Shown one piece after another: positions 27,222-40,120 of a stretch of 64,000 bases of DNA; position 1 is the stretch's first letter; the number at the start of each line of letters is the position of its first letter. The position numbers and the translations under genes are program-made. Under the pieces are notes generated by a model, which did no database searches, was not told where the DNA came from, and saw only the letters and a list, made by a program, of their open reading frames with translations. This DNA is from Takakia lepidozioides (Eukaryota > Plantae > Bryophyta). The DNA is taken from the NCBI GenBank assembly GCA_030704615.1, contig CM060734.1:50716001-50780000 (forward strand), written 5' to 3'.

Positions 27222-27377
27222 ATCCAATAGCTGCCAGCAAGGCGTTTGTTTATCACTCGTTCAGGTAATTCAGTTGTTTTGTTTCACTAACCTTTCATAT
27301 GTTCATCCAATAGCTGCCAGCAAGGCGTTTGTTTATCATTCGTTCATATAATTCAGTTGTTTTGTTTCACTAACCTT
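27222..27377. repeat. Tandem duplication of a ~84-bp unit
   Basis: tccaatagctgccagcaaggcgtttgtttatca...aattcagttgtttttgtttcactaacctt occurs twice. Confidence 0.8.
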
Positions 27378-27635
27378 AACTAGCACACGATTAGTTTACT
27401 ATTAATGTGCTGGGTCAGTGAAAAAATAGGTATTTTTTTTACTTCTTATTATCCACATATATATTGCTATATAATTTATATATTGTGATTACACGTGCCA
27501 TTGCTTAACTGGTTGTCTCAGTCAGCTCATTTTAGGTAGTCAAAGTCTCTCACTAGAGTCAAAATTTTCGCGGTTGTCTAGCATCTCAAATATTTTAATA
27601 TAAATTTTGACTGCAAAATGGTTGGAACAGTCGAA

Positions 27636-27980
27636 AGTGACAACAGTAGGTGTCAAACCTCACTTGGGACATGGGGATGGGTTTTCCCCTTGTGAGTGTT
27701 GAGGAGGGCTCATCTTCTTATAGTTGAGCCTCCATGAGCCGCTCCCACCTCCATAGCTCTAGGTATTGAGAGAGAGTGTGGTGAGGGCTTTGTAGGGTGG
27801 ATTCCTTTAGCAAAGGTGCCCTTGGCTTGACTTAGTTTATGTGATTGAGTGGATTCATGAGTGGAGTGTTTCCATTGTGTGTTCACTTCCATTATCACTA
27901 TTGTGGCATAGTTTTCTAGGATTGTGTGATTAGAATGTATGGTGGACAGCGATGTATGTTGTGGCACGATGTGCACGACA
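27636..27980 (+). mobile_element. Displaced 3' terminus (rest of A2 plus B2) of DNMT-PHD gypsy copy 1
   Basis: 27902-27980 is nearly identical to the reverse complement of 12688-12772 and ends GCACGACA. The upstream part carries the A hairpin ggctca-N12-tgagcc, cttggcttgactt and ttatca. Confidence 0.85.
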
Positions 27981-29346
27981 CCCACCCTTTACTACGCCTG
28001 CCGGTAGGGGTCAACCTACTAGCCACAATTGATCCAAATCAACTTAAATACGCTCATACCCCCCCTCTCCCCAAATACCTTAGACGGAAAGAACCTACCC
28101 TAACCCTGATCATACGCGTTCAGCACCCCCTACATACAGACATACCGACACCCTTCTGTCACTAGCTCGAGTAGCTATTAACCATAACTCATAAAATGAA
28201 GGCCACCATCCACTTCCCAGATACACCCCTCCACACCCGTGCAACCACACCCTTCTGGATCAAAACAAACAAAGCTTGGGCATGGCACAACCGCACCCCT
28301 TCCAAGTAACACAAACAACACCCCCTCCCCCCCTTCCTTCAATATATCGACAAAACACCACCCTCAAATATCCCCCAACAAACTCACATTACACTGATGG
28401 ATCCCTTACCAACCATACTGCAGGATATGGAATTTACCATGCTGGCAACGGTCAGGGGGTTGCCCTCCGGCTCCCTGGCCCTGCCACCATTCTACGAGCG
28501 GAACTCATGGCCATCCACGACGCCCTCTCCCTGCTCGACGCCTCCCCCCCGTACTATATCTTCACTGACAGCCTCACCTCTCTATATCTTATCCGTAACC
28601 ACATCTCCCGCCCCTCTTCCCAGCATCATCACCCCGACCGTAACCTTATTGCTGCCATTGCTAAAAAATCCACCTCTATAAACCACCCAGTACATATGCT
28701 CAAAGTCCGCTTACACACTGGTATTCATGGCAATGAAGAAGCAGACTTACTCGTTCAACTCGGTGCTTCCCAATCCCCAGTAATACCAACAAATGATCCT
28801 ATCCACATCGCACACACCTACCCCTTCTGGTTCATACATCTAGTCCCAGACCCCCCTGCACTTAGACCAGTCTGCAACCTTTTGACCACTTTGACCAAAG
28901 AAGCAAACAAACAAGCTGCCGCCCCCATCAGCCATACCAAAGTACACATACAAAAATGGACTCAATCCGATATACTGCACCATAAACTTTCTAACCACTT
29001 CTGGCTAACCAAAACCACCACTGACGCACAAATCCCATTTTGCCATGATCGCTACCCAAACGACTCAATTCAATAAAATGGATGGTGAGTTGTGGGGATG
29101 GGGAAGTGGGGGGCATAATGTTGGGTAGATCATGTACTAGGAGTATGTCTGGGCATAGCCTAGCTGGGCAAGAACATGGTGTTCGAGTGCATATGCATGG
29201 TAGCAGCCATGGTGGTACAGTGTGGTCGGGTGGCCGGCCTTGGTAGGTGCCAGCGTTCATGAGAGAGAACCATCGAGTTTTAGCACGTTTTTAAAAAAGC
29301 TTATGGAGGTGCCATATTGCCTGGTTATGTCTCGTGATATGTAGGC
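27981..29346 (+). mobile_element. Non-LTR retrotransposon 3' region (RNase H plus part of an RLE), Dualen/RandI-like
   Basis: ORF 28276-29076 has YTDGS, RAELMAI, IFTDSL, HTGIHGNEEAD. ~29070-29346 is an inverted piece encoding RHN...PDILL...IHFIE. Confidence 0.75.
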
Positions 29347-30072
29347 TGTCACGCACCTCACTTCGGTAAGCTCCCCTTCAAGTCATAGTTACTCGCTTTG
29401 ATGCGCGCGCCTGACTCCCAACCTGGCCGCCCGGGCCAACTTGGAGCTTCGGCTGCTCACCGGGACATAACGGTCCCCCCTTCGCTTCCTCTAAACCCTC
29501 CACCTAATTGGGACTAGGAGAATCCCTTTGGTAGATGGCAGTCCGGGACAGCTCCCCACTCTTTGTCGCTTTCCGGCTCGCTCGCTTACTCACTAGTTTT
29601 TGGTCACCAACGGGCTTGCACCGTTCTCGGGGTTACTACTCCCTATATATACTTCTGTAGCTGTCCGCGGGGGTTCCACAACCAGCCATGCCATTTTATG
29701 GCGAACCACCACGAAAACCCTCGACTCCCGGTGATGAGTCGCGGTGAGTCTTGGCCCGCTCACCACGGCCCCTATGGACCGCGATGAGTCCCAAGACTCC
29801 CCACGACTCCCACCACGAGGTCTCCGCCCCCATGGTGAGTCCTATGCCACCCCACTAAGTCCCGCTAAGCTACCACCACCCCTTGTGGAGCCACCCCCAC
29901 CGCAACCCGGTGTGCGGGGCTCCACCTAGTGAGCGCCTCCGCCTCCTTGAGTGCCTTGGGCACTCAAGGGTGCTTCAGCCCCCCCCCATACCTATCACTG
30001 CCGCTGCCCCCACCACAGGGGCAGCCCCTCATGTGTCCCGACCCCCTGCCCTCAAGGGAAAGGGCCGCGACA
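29347..30072 (-). repeat. 3' LTR of the host chromovirus
   Basis: About a dozen differences from 46643-47371 by eye. Confidence 0.95.
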
Positions 30073-30924
30073 CACACCCCTATCAACAGAAAGTCGATGT
30101 CCTCATCGACTTGCCCATTTTGTAGAAACGAACATCCAAGTTGTGGCGTCCCACATGAAGGAGTTTGTTTCTGTACCATGGCGTCCCATGGCAAAGAACC
30201 AAACCCCACACTTGACTCTACTCTCTACTAGCTAGTTCGGCCGACTTCCTCCAAGTCCCGGCCAAGGGTGGAGCCTCTCCAGCTCCTCCCAGTGCACTCT
30301 TCTTGGCTACTTCAAGGCCAAGGAACGATCCTCCCCGAGGATCGAATCGCCTTACTGCAACAACATTGCTTGCGATCGCTCATGATGCCGCTTTTGGCAT
30401 CACCTTGAGCAAGGGTTCACCTGGAACCCTCTTTGACTAGGAAGATAACCTTGAATCAACCGTGCGCCCCAATCACTACAATTGGGTCCGCCTTTGGAAT
30501 GCTGGCCTGAGGTACGGGAACACGCCGAAGCCGCACTACGACTTCGTCCCGAGGCTACACGATTATAGTACGTGAACGGAAGCACGTAGCTTCCGCGTTA
30601 GCCCGCACTACAAGGCAACCCCCTCGGTAGCGCAGTTATAGTACGCGCACGCGCCAGGTGCGCACTAGCATGTGAACTCCCAAAGAAAGGCGCAAGTTTC
30701 CTTGCCCCTTGGATGGGAGTCACCCGATTTCGGCACTGCGCAAACACACGATTAACCCAATTTACCTCTCCCACTTTTGTAAGCTAGCATGCATTCTACA
30801 CACTAGCCAACCACACCATGCATCACCATTCTAAACACAATAGGACGCACAATATTTGGAACCCATTTCCTTTATAACAAATTTTTGTACAATACAAGTT
30901 TTTGCAATCGGATTCCTGAGCTAG

Positions 30925-33900
30925 CTAAACCGGGCTAAGCATGCATTTCCTCCCCCACGCTCCAAGGTTGATGTCCCCATCAACGCTTCTTCCGCTTTTG
31001 AGGACGCCATTCGAAAGCTGCAACCGCCTCGGATGCGTTTCCCATTTCTGAGGCACGCACCCAAGATGCCTCCACATGATGATAGCCCTTCCATTTGACG
31101 AGATACTCTGTTTCTCGGTTCCTGAACCTTCTCGACTTAAGTATTGCCTAGACCTCGTACTCAGGTTCATTTTCATGATCCAACAGCATAGGTGGCGGAC
31201 GCAACACTTGATGCCGATTCGGACGCGCTTCATCTTTGAAGTAAGGTTTCAAAAGGGAGACATGGAATATTGGGTGCACCTTGCTGTTTGCCGGCAGCTC
31301 CAATTCATACACATCCTCATTCATAACCTTCCGAATGCGAAAGGGTCCCGCATACGGAGGTACGAACTTCGGACTCACTTCCGGAGGTAGTTGGAAATTC
31401 TTGATGTTCAACCAGACCTCTGTGCCTGCCTCAAACTTCACTTCCCTCCCGCTTCCGATTCGCCTGCCTTTCATACCGTTTCCTAGCTTTGGCAATATTG
31501 TACTTTGCGAGCTTCAACAAAAGCTCGCGTTCTTCCAGTACCGCTGCTACTGCCGGTTCCTCAACGTCCTGGGCGGCCCAACTTGTCGGCACCAGAGGTG
31601 CTTTTCCATAGACCAATACGAAAGGGGAAACTCCCGTTGTGGAGTGTTCTGTGTTATTATAACAGAACTCTGCCGCGTCTAAGTGTTCCATCCAGTCTGA
31701 TTGGTCTGCCGACACGTAATTCCGCAAGAATTGCTTCACTACGGAATTCACTCTTTCCATTTGGCCGTCCGTCGTAGGTCGGAAGGCGGTGCTCATCTTC
31801 AGCCTCGTCCCCATCTTCTTCCAAAGTGTCCTCCAAAATTTACTCGTAAACTTTGGATCGCGATCCGAGACAATATCCTTCGGGACTCCATGATGCTTTA
31901 AGACGTGGGCGAAGTAAAGTCGCCCTGTCTCCTGCGCCGTTGCCGTCTCCTTGGTGGGGATGAAATGGCCCATTTTACTGAACCTATCCACCACCACCAT
32001 GATTACATCGAATCCTTTTGACAGCGGCATAACAGTCATGAAATCCATCGAGACGCTTTCCCAAGTCCCCTCTGGCAAGGGTTGTAACAGCCCCGCTTGC
32101 TTTTTGTACTCGCTCCGGTTTTGTTGGCATGTGGTGCATGTCTTGACATACTCCTCTGCCTCCTCCCTCAGTTTGGGCCAAAAATACTCTTTCTTCAGGA
32201 GTGCCGCAGTGCGCTTGGCTCCGCCGTGGCCCGCAAGCGGGCTATCATGGCATTCTCTCAAGAGGCTATCTCTGATCCCTCCCTTCGGCACGTAGAGACG
32301 CTTTTGCTTATACCGGAGCAACCCATTTTGCAAGTGGAACTGCGATTTAACCCCCATTCTCAAGTCCTGCATCACGGACTTTGCCAGCTCATCCTTCCGG
32401 CAGCCTTCGGATCTTCCTTTGGAGCGCCGTCTCGCCCTTGTACACCAACAAGAGCTGCTGCTTTCTACTTAAAGCATCGGCCACCACATTGTCCCGTCCC
32501 GGTTGTACTGGATATCCACGTCGAACACCGCCAAAGTATCTTGCCACCTAAGTTGTTTTGGGGACAACTTGGGCTGCGTGGCAAAATACTTCACTGTGAC
32601 ATTGTCCGTGAACACCTTCACTGGGTTGGAACCAACATAGTGGCGCCAAAGCTCAAGACAGTGCACCACCGCCTTCATCTCTTTTTCGTGCGTCGGCCAC
32701 CGTCGCTCCATTTCATTCAGTTTCTTACTTTCGTAAGCCACCGGACGTCCATCTTGCATAAGTACACCCCCAATCGCGAAGTCCGACGCATCTGTGTGTA
32801 TCTCGAACGTACGGTCAAACTCCGGGATTTTCAAGACTGGAGCTTCCGCCATCCGCTGCTTCAATTCAGCAAAAGCTTGGCCACAAAAGGTGTTCCATGC
32901 CCAGACTTTAGATTTACACAGAAGGTCTGACAGCGGCCCCGCAATCTTGGCGAAATTTCTCACATACTTCCGGTAATAGGAGGCGAGTCTTAGGAAGGAT
33001 CGCACTCCCGGGACCGAAGTCGGAGGCTCCCAGTCCAAGATCGCCCTCACCTTTTTGTCATCCATTTTGATCCCATCCTGTGTAATCACATGCCCCAGGA
33101 ACTCCACTTTTGTGACCCCGAATTCGCACTTTGAAGCTTTGGCACACAGCTTCCCTTCCCGCAATTTTTGGAACACCCTTTTGAGGTGCTCCTCCTTTGT
33201 TTTCGAGTACACCAAGATGTCATCGATGTACACGATCACAAAGTCATCCAACCACTCCTGAAAAAGGCTGTTCATTAGCGTGCTAAATGTCGCTGGTGCA
33301 TTGGTGAGCCCAAAAGGCATCACCAAGAACTCATATGAATCGTACCTTGTCATGCACGCGGTCTTCTCCTCATCTCCTTCCGCCACCCGAATTTGGTGAT
33401 AGCCGGAGCGCAAGTCGATCCGGCTGAAATACTTCGCTCCTGCCAACCGATCGAAGAGGTCGTCGATCCTTGGCAAAGGGTACGGTTTTTGATAGTCACC
33501 TTATTCAGAGCCCTGTAATCGACACACATCCGCAGCGTCCCATCCTTCTTGTCTGCAATAGCACCGGGGCTCCGTAAGGTGACTTACTCGGCGGATGTAC
33601 CCCTTTGACATTAGATCCTTGAGCTGAGTCTTCAGCTCGACCAACTCTCTGTGGCTCAACCGGTAGGGCGCCTTGGCAGGCAATTCCGATCCCGGTATCA
33701 CCTCAATCTTGTGGTCAACTCCTCTTCGAGGTGGCAAGCCGCTTGGTAAATCCTCCAGCATCACATCCTGGTATTTCTCCAAAATCCCCTTGATCCAATC
33801 TGGGCTCGGCTCCCCATCGCCTTCTCCTTTCACTTCTCTAATGTAAAGCAAAAACTGGGGCTCGTGTGCCTCCTCCACGGCCCACTCCTTTGCTGACAGA

Positions 33901-34291
33901 AGGTTTATTCGCCCTCCCACGGATTTGGGCGTTTCAGACACTCGTAAAACCTCGCCACCATTCCCACATGGCAGCGTGACTACTCTCTTGCGGCCATCTA
34001 TGACCGCTCCGGATTTGCTCAAAAAGGTCATCCCAAAATGAGATCCACTCCATCGATCTCGCAAATGGTGAAGTTCTCACGTCCATCCCAACTCCCCAGT
34101 TGAAGAGGAACATCAATCGCCAACCTTGTCACCAACTGTGGTTCTCCTTTGGCAGAACGCACCTCAATAGAGGCCCCCACGTCACTTGTCGGGAGTCCCA
34201 GCTTTTGTGCCGTTGCCGGTGTCATGAAGGAGTGCGACGCTCCTGTGTCCACCAACAACGACACATTAGTTCCGGATATTATCCCATCCAC
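30925..34291 (-). pseudogene. pol: pol of the host chromovirus (PR, RT, RH, INT, chromodomain)
   Basis: LLVDTGASHSF; YIDD; [10 protein letters not shown]; GHGG..C..C; SMDF; SDRDPKF; a frameshifted chromodomain reading EYLVKWKGY at ~31000-31150. Confidence 0.93.
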
Positions 34292-34806
34292 GAATAATAA
34301 CTGACTCCCTTTTCGTAAGGCGCCAGTTCCTGATACAACTCACAAGAAAATTTGCCTACCTTGCAAGTCCTGGCGACCACCGCTTCCACCAAGCGACTGA
34401 TGGTATCTTCCGACAGCTCCATGGTCGCCCGAGTCATGTTCAATTGCCGGGGCTTCGTGCACTTCTTGGCCATGTGCCCGGGCTCCCCGCAATTGAAACA
34501 CACTCCATCAAAGGTCGCCTTCTGTCCGCCATAAGCCGCTCCACCCGCTTTTCCTTTCGAAGCACCGGGTGCCGCCTTGACGTGTGAAGGCCCTCCCTTC
34601 GATTTCCACGTGCCATTATTGCCGCGTGGCCTATCCCACTTCTTTTCCGGTCGGAAGGAGTCACCTTCCCGCCGAATCTTCTTGTGGTTCAGCTCCGTAC
34701 GACCTTGTCTTTCACCCCTAGGGACATCTGAGAAACATTCAGCCCTCTCAATAGCCTCATTCAAAGTCTTGGGTGGTTTCTCCTCCAACTTCCGCCTGGC
34801 CCATGG
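34279..34806 (-). pseudogene. gag: 3' part of host chromovirus gag with CCHC knuckle
   Basis: CFNCGEPGHMAKKC; joins 45874-46641 in frame (GLA|PWARRKLEE) after removing copy 2 and one GGCC. Confidence 0.9.
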
Positions 34807-34810
34807 GGCC

Positions 34811-35137
34811 TGTCAAGTTATTTTACCACTAGTGTGAAACTAGCTAGGAAACAACTAGCTTTTACATATTGACATTTGGGATTGGCCCAAGTGTCAATCC
34901 AGGGGTCCAGGCAGATTTAAGCCCTGGAGTGGTTATCTTCACGGCAAGCGCGGGAGGCTCATCTTTCTCGAGTTGAGCCTCACCGCGCCTAGCTATGGCG
35001 CCGTAGTGTGGATTCCCCATGGCGTGGGGTGCACTTGGCTTGACTTGTATTTGAGTGATGAGGTTATATATGCATGAGTTTATGCTTCAGCTTTGTGAGC
35101 TCGCATGAGCTTGTGCTTGTATTCTTCTTCTTTATCA
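34811..35137 (+). repeat. Terminal repeat A1 (327 bp)
   Basis: Appears identical to 45358-45684. Confidence 0.95.
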
Positions 35138-36669
35138 CTCGAGAAAGATCAGCTCGTATCTGTGAGTGCCAGATACGAGTTAGTTGTAGCACTTGTGGTT
35201 TTTGCTTGAGAATGAGAGAAACCAAGTTGTTATGCAGGGAGCACCATGGAGCTCTTGGTTGTTAGAAGCGGAGGCGATGTGGGTTACGAGGTGGTAGACC
35301 TTGGCATTCGATCTTCAGCTTCAGAGATGAAAGCACCATGCTGCAGGTAATTCCAGAGCACCTTGAGGTTTCAGATTGTGTACATGCATGAGCAAGCACG
35401 ATTGGGAAGAGGACCAGTCAAGAGCAGGTTATAGTGGCTTTGGTGGCAAAGCTGAGAACTGGACCTGGGAATGCGAGCTTTCATTGTGTGAAGGATTGCA
35501 AGACCAAGCAAAAGGGCTGATTTGGCTTGGGGCAAATCAATGCACTTTGTGAAGTATGGTGAGATTGGGTTTCAATCTCGAGCTTCAGCATTGAGAGGGC
35601 TCTTGTCATGGCAAGAGCAGGGCTGGAACAGGAGCTAAGAGGTGCGGCAAGGCCATGGAATGTACACCTAGGGTTTCAGAGCTTGGAAGAAGAGCTCTTG
35701 CACCACAAGAGAAGTGTGTTGTGGCTGGAAATGTAAGCCTTAGGGTTTCAGGAGCTTGGCAAAGGTTGTGGAGTGCTTAGTCTTGTCTTAGAGAGCATCA
35801 AGGAGCCAAGGAGCCAAGATAGGGGGCTGATATCTCTTGTGTGAAGAGGTTGCATGTGTGGAGCATGTATTCAGCTCATTGAAGCTTCCATCTTCAAGCT
35901 TGGAGGGCAAGCAAGGAAGAGGGAAGGGCTGACTTCCCTTATGTGAGGGCAATGTATGTGTGGAGCATGCTATCAGCCTGGTGAAGGCTTGCACTTTTAG
36001 GTGTGGGAGTGCAAGAAAGGAAGGAAGGGGCTGGTTACCCTGTAGGGCATGTAGAGCATGCTTTCAGCCTGCTGAAGCTTGTAATTTCAGGTTTGTGGGT
36101 GCAAGAAATGAAGCAAAGGAGCTGATTCTCTTATGGTGAGGGTGGGGCATGTATGGAGCATGCCTTCAGCCCATTGAGGCTCTTGTTTTCAAGCCTTAGA
36201 GAGCTAGAACGGAAGGTCTAGGGCTGGTTTCCACTTGGAGTGAAAGAAAAGCACTTGTAGGGCCTATGTGAGTTGGGGTTTCAACTTCAAGCTTGAAGGG
36301 AGCGCAACTCTTGAAGCAACAGGTGTAGAGGGCTGGAATAGGCTCTAAGACAGATGCTATGGCCAATGAGAGTGCTTGAATGAGTGCTCATAAGGGCTGG
36401 GAACCAGCAGGGCTTGGTTGTTTGCCATTGAGTTTAGTGGCGTGTTTGGGGAGGCTAAGTGAGAAAGAAGGCTTGGTTTGTGGCAACCACCTCCTGGCTT
36501 AGGGCTACTATGGTGGTGTGTGGGAGCCGAAAGAGCAAGGATACCTTGCTGATTTCCTCATAGCCACCATAGCTCGGTGGAAAGAAGCCTAGAGTCCAAG
36601 AGACACAAACCCTAGCTTGGCGTGGCTAAACCCTTGGAGAAATGGCTAAACTGCCAGAGCGGCCATGTG

Positions 36670-37460
36670 TGGGGCTGTGACAGGCTGTGGCGAGCTGTGA
36701 CGGGCTGTGAGGGGCTGTGACAGGCTGTGGCAAGCTGTGACAGGCTGTGATGGGCTGTGCCCTGTGGCCTGTGGGGCTGTGACGGGCTGTGACAGGCTGT
36801 GATGGGCTGTGATGGGCTGTGACAGGCTGTGACAGGCTGTGCCCTGTGCCCTGTGGGGCTGTGACGGGCTGTGTCAGGCTGTGACAGGCTGTGCCCAGTG
36901 GCCTTTGGGGCTGTGACGGGCTGTGACAGGCTGTGGCAAGCTGTGACAGGCTGTGATGGGCTGTGATGGGCTGTGACAGGCTATGCCTTGTGCCCTGTGG
37001 GGCTGTGAGGGGCTGTGACAGGCCGTGCCTGAGGCCTTTGAGGCTGTGACGGGCTGTGAGGGGCTGTGACAGGCCGTGCCCATGGCCTTTGGGGCTGTGA
37101 CGGGCTGTGAGGGGCTGTGACAAGCCGTGCCTGAGGCCTTTGAGGCTGTGACGGGCTGTGCCTGAGGCCTTTGGGGCTGTGACGGGCTGTGAGGGGCTGT
37201 GACAGGCCGTGCCTGAGACCTTTGGGGCTGTGACGGGCTGTGCCTGAGGCCTTTGGGGCTGTGACGGGCTATGCCTGAGGCCTTTGGGGCTGTGACGGGC
37301 TGTGTGGGGCTGTGACAGGCCGTGCCTGAGGCCTTTGGGGCTGTGACGGGCTGTGAGGGGCTGTGACAGGCCGTGCCTGAGGCCTTTGAGGCTGTGACGG
37401 GCTGTGAGGGGGCTGTGGCAGGCCGTGCCCAGTGGCCTGTGGGACTGTGACGGCTGTGAC
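36670..37460. repeat. Minisatellite of ~10-bp units (ggctgtgaca/g) with higher-order structure, in the copy 2 leader
   Basis: Directly visible. Antisense ORF 36626-37639 runs through it. Confidence 0.9.
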
Positions 37461-37764
37461 CAGTGAGCTGTGTGGGCCTGTGCTGGTCTGTGGTGGCCCG
37501 TGTTGACCTGTGGACGGCCTGTGCTGACTCGTGGAGGCACTGGTGGACTGCCTAAGGACTGGCATGTGGTCTGGAAGGCCGAATTTTGAAGCTCGTGGAG
37601 GGCGGTTTGAGGAGTATCTTCATGATATTCCATGGTCATGCAAGTACAGGTGTAGGCTATGTTAGGAACTTAGTATTCCAAACCATAAGCCGCAACAGGT
37701 TCTCTACCCGGTTACCTTGTGGAGAGGGGGTTAGGGACATGTTCATGACCGGTTGAGTGTCAAC

Positions 37765-39214
37765 ATGGAGGTGCCACTAGTTGCTGGGGACAGTGCCGGT
37801 TCGATACTAGTGGGTACACGAGACGAGGTGTACGGTTTAGGCCACCTTCACCTCCTATGTCTTCCACGGAAGGTTCTGATTCGGATTGTGAATCAGGAGG
37901 ACTCATACCGGCGGTGCAAGTTGTTCTTTGCCATTGTTGTGGGACACAATGGAGGAGATGTATGGAGCTACCAAGGGGCCACGAAGGTACTCTGGGGCGG
38001 TGGGCACCATCGAGTTGGATGATTTTATCCAAGAGTTTGATAGTTGGTGTGATTTGCAGCAAATGCGCAATCCACAACTATTTACGCCTTCATGGCATGG
38101 AAAGGGCTGTTTCAGCACCTTGAGGGGCCGCCTATGGATGATTACCATGAGTTCAGGCGGGGGCATGAGGTTGAGATCGAGGAGTGGAGGATGTACTGGT
38201 CACCCGACTATGTCTCCATCACTAGGGGCACTAGAGCCACGAGGGCAGTGGCTACACCTGCCGCTGCACCGGCAGCTTCAGCAAGTAGCAGTGGGACTGG
38301 TGGTACAGTAGCTACGACGTCCACCCAAGCCACTACCGCACCAGCACTAGCACCCGTGCCTGCCTTCAACCCTGTTGTGGAGTTCTTCGAAGAGTTGAGA
38401 GGGAACTACCAAGGGGTGAGGACAGAGAAGTTGCGGAGCTTGCAAGAGTTCCAACGGAAGCCGACCGAGAGCTTGAGGGAGGCTTTCATCGCATGTAGGC
38501 GGAAGCTTGATATAACCTGAAGCGGGAAAGTTAGTGTGTTTGCTGGCAGAGCGGATAGAGCTCAACATGGTGGAGGAACGAGTGGTCATGGTGGGATTTG
38601 CTAAGGAGACACCACGGGGTAGTGGTGCTCCTAGCCAACCACTACCTCAACGTGCTCGAGGCAACAAGGGGGCTCAGGTAAAGCTCAGGGAAGGGCAGAG
38701 AGGACCTCAGATGCAGGGGTCTCTCCCTTCATTTGCTGGCCAACAACGGGCGGATGTGGTGTGCTGGACATGTGGAGGACCCCATGCCAAGAAGGATTGC
38801 CTAGAGGGAGGCAAAGGGCCGGCACATGCACAGCCTGCACAGTTGCAGTGTGGGCATTGTGGCAAGCACGGGCATGGAGAGGCCCAGTGTTATGGTTTGC
38901 ATCCTGAGTTGCGCCCAGGCCAGTTCCAAGGGAACAATGGTGGCCGGGGGCGAGGTGGAGCAGCCCAGAGAGGACGAGGTGGCCAGCCACGAGGTGCAGG
39001 CCAAGGGCAAGCTCAACGTGGCCAAGGACGCGGAGGTCAGGGTGTTGACCAAGGCATGGCCAACCGGCTTCAGCAGCTAGAGCAGAGGCTCGCTGCCATG
39101 GCTACAGCTCAGGTGGTACCAGCTCTAAGGCCGGATGGTCCACCTCCTGCTCCTGAGGGAGGAGATATGGGAGGCATGGGATTCATGTGTGGAGCAGCAC
39201 TACCACTAGTGTAG
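37765..39214 (+). pseudogene. gag: gag of copy 2 with two zinc knuckles
   Basis: CWTCGGPHAKKDC and CGHCGKHGHGEAQC plus an RGG-rich tail. Frameshifts and an internal deletion near 38490-38535 relative to copy 1. Confidence 0.8.
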
Positions 39215-39699
39215 GTGGAGTCTGCTGCAGCCATGACTCAAGGAGTAGCACGAGTTCCTGAGCCACGAGGTGCAGAGGTGGAGTTGGATCCACAGCGTGG
39301 GGAGGCAAGCCGTCAGGCTAGGCTTCCTCAGTCATTCACATTGGCGGAGACAGTGTCGACGCCATCCATGGCACCTAGTTCTCGCCCGACTGTTACCGAG
39401 GCGGAGGTTACTATGCCATTGGGGAGAGCTACACGGGTAGCACCACTACCTAGTGTTGCCAAGGCTACGGCAGCTAGTGTGCTGTTAGGAGCGGCCACAT
39501 CTGTGTGCCAGGCTCCATTGTTCTTGGCTACCATGATTGCTGGCAGCTACACTCTGTGAGAGTGGGGAGGTTACTTCATCTTCTGTGGAGATAGTGGGAG
39601 GTGTAGTGCCAGAGGGATCCTCGGATTTGAGGGTCAAGACTGCCACGGCGGCGCCATGGCAAGCTGCAGCTGCCAGGTTGATGGAGCTGCCAGCTAGGC

Positions 39700-40120
39700 C
39701 AGCTATTGAGCGCGCCATGGTGACACCTGGAGTTGTCATGTTAGACAACCAGGATGACATTTTCTGTTTGAGTGGACCGGCAGGCAAGAGGTACCAGCCA
39801 CTGCGGGTCTTGTTGGACTCGGGAGCTCAGCCACTGATGCTGGGCAGAGCTGCTATAGCAGGCTTGGGCCTCACGGAGGCGGATATGGAGCCTTGTCCTT
39901 TCCAGATACAGACGTCTCTGGGAGGATCGGAGCAGGGTCGGGGCATGACACGGCATGAGTTGGCTATCAGACTACGGCCGGATCACCCTACAGATGGCTC
40001 GGTGATGTGAGCCAAGGCCATTGTGACAGACGCAGTCTCATACGATGTCCTGGTGGTGGGGCAGTGTTGTACCCCATGGGCTTCACCCTGGATTTTTGGG
40101 AGGAGTCAGCTTCCTATAGG
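39700..40120 (+). pseudogene. Aspartic protease domain of copy 2
   Basis: VLLDSGAQ...YDVLVG. Confidence 0.85.

Noticed and set aside
27651-27980. Solo A-B unit with its own TSD
   Set aside because: Flanks TAGG and CCCA do not match, and TGTCA at 27651 corresponds to an internal position of A. Better explained as the inverted-away end of copy 1.
32097-32930. 277-aa plus-strand ORF and similar long antisense ORFs over pol regions
   Set aside because: These are shadow ORFs opposite recognisable retroelement coding frames.
36670-37460. CRISPR-like array
   Set aside because: Tandem units without unique spacers, no cas genes, eukaryotic context.
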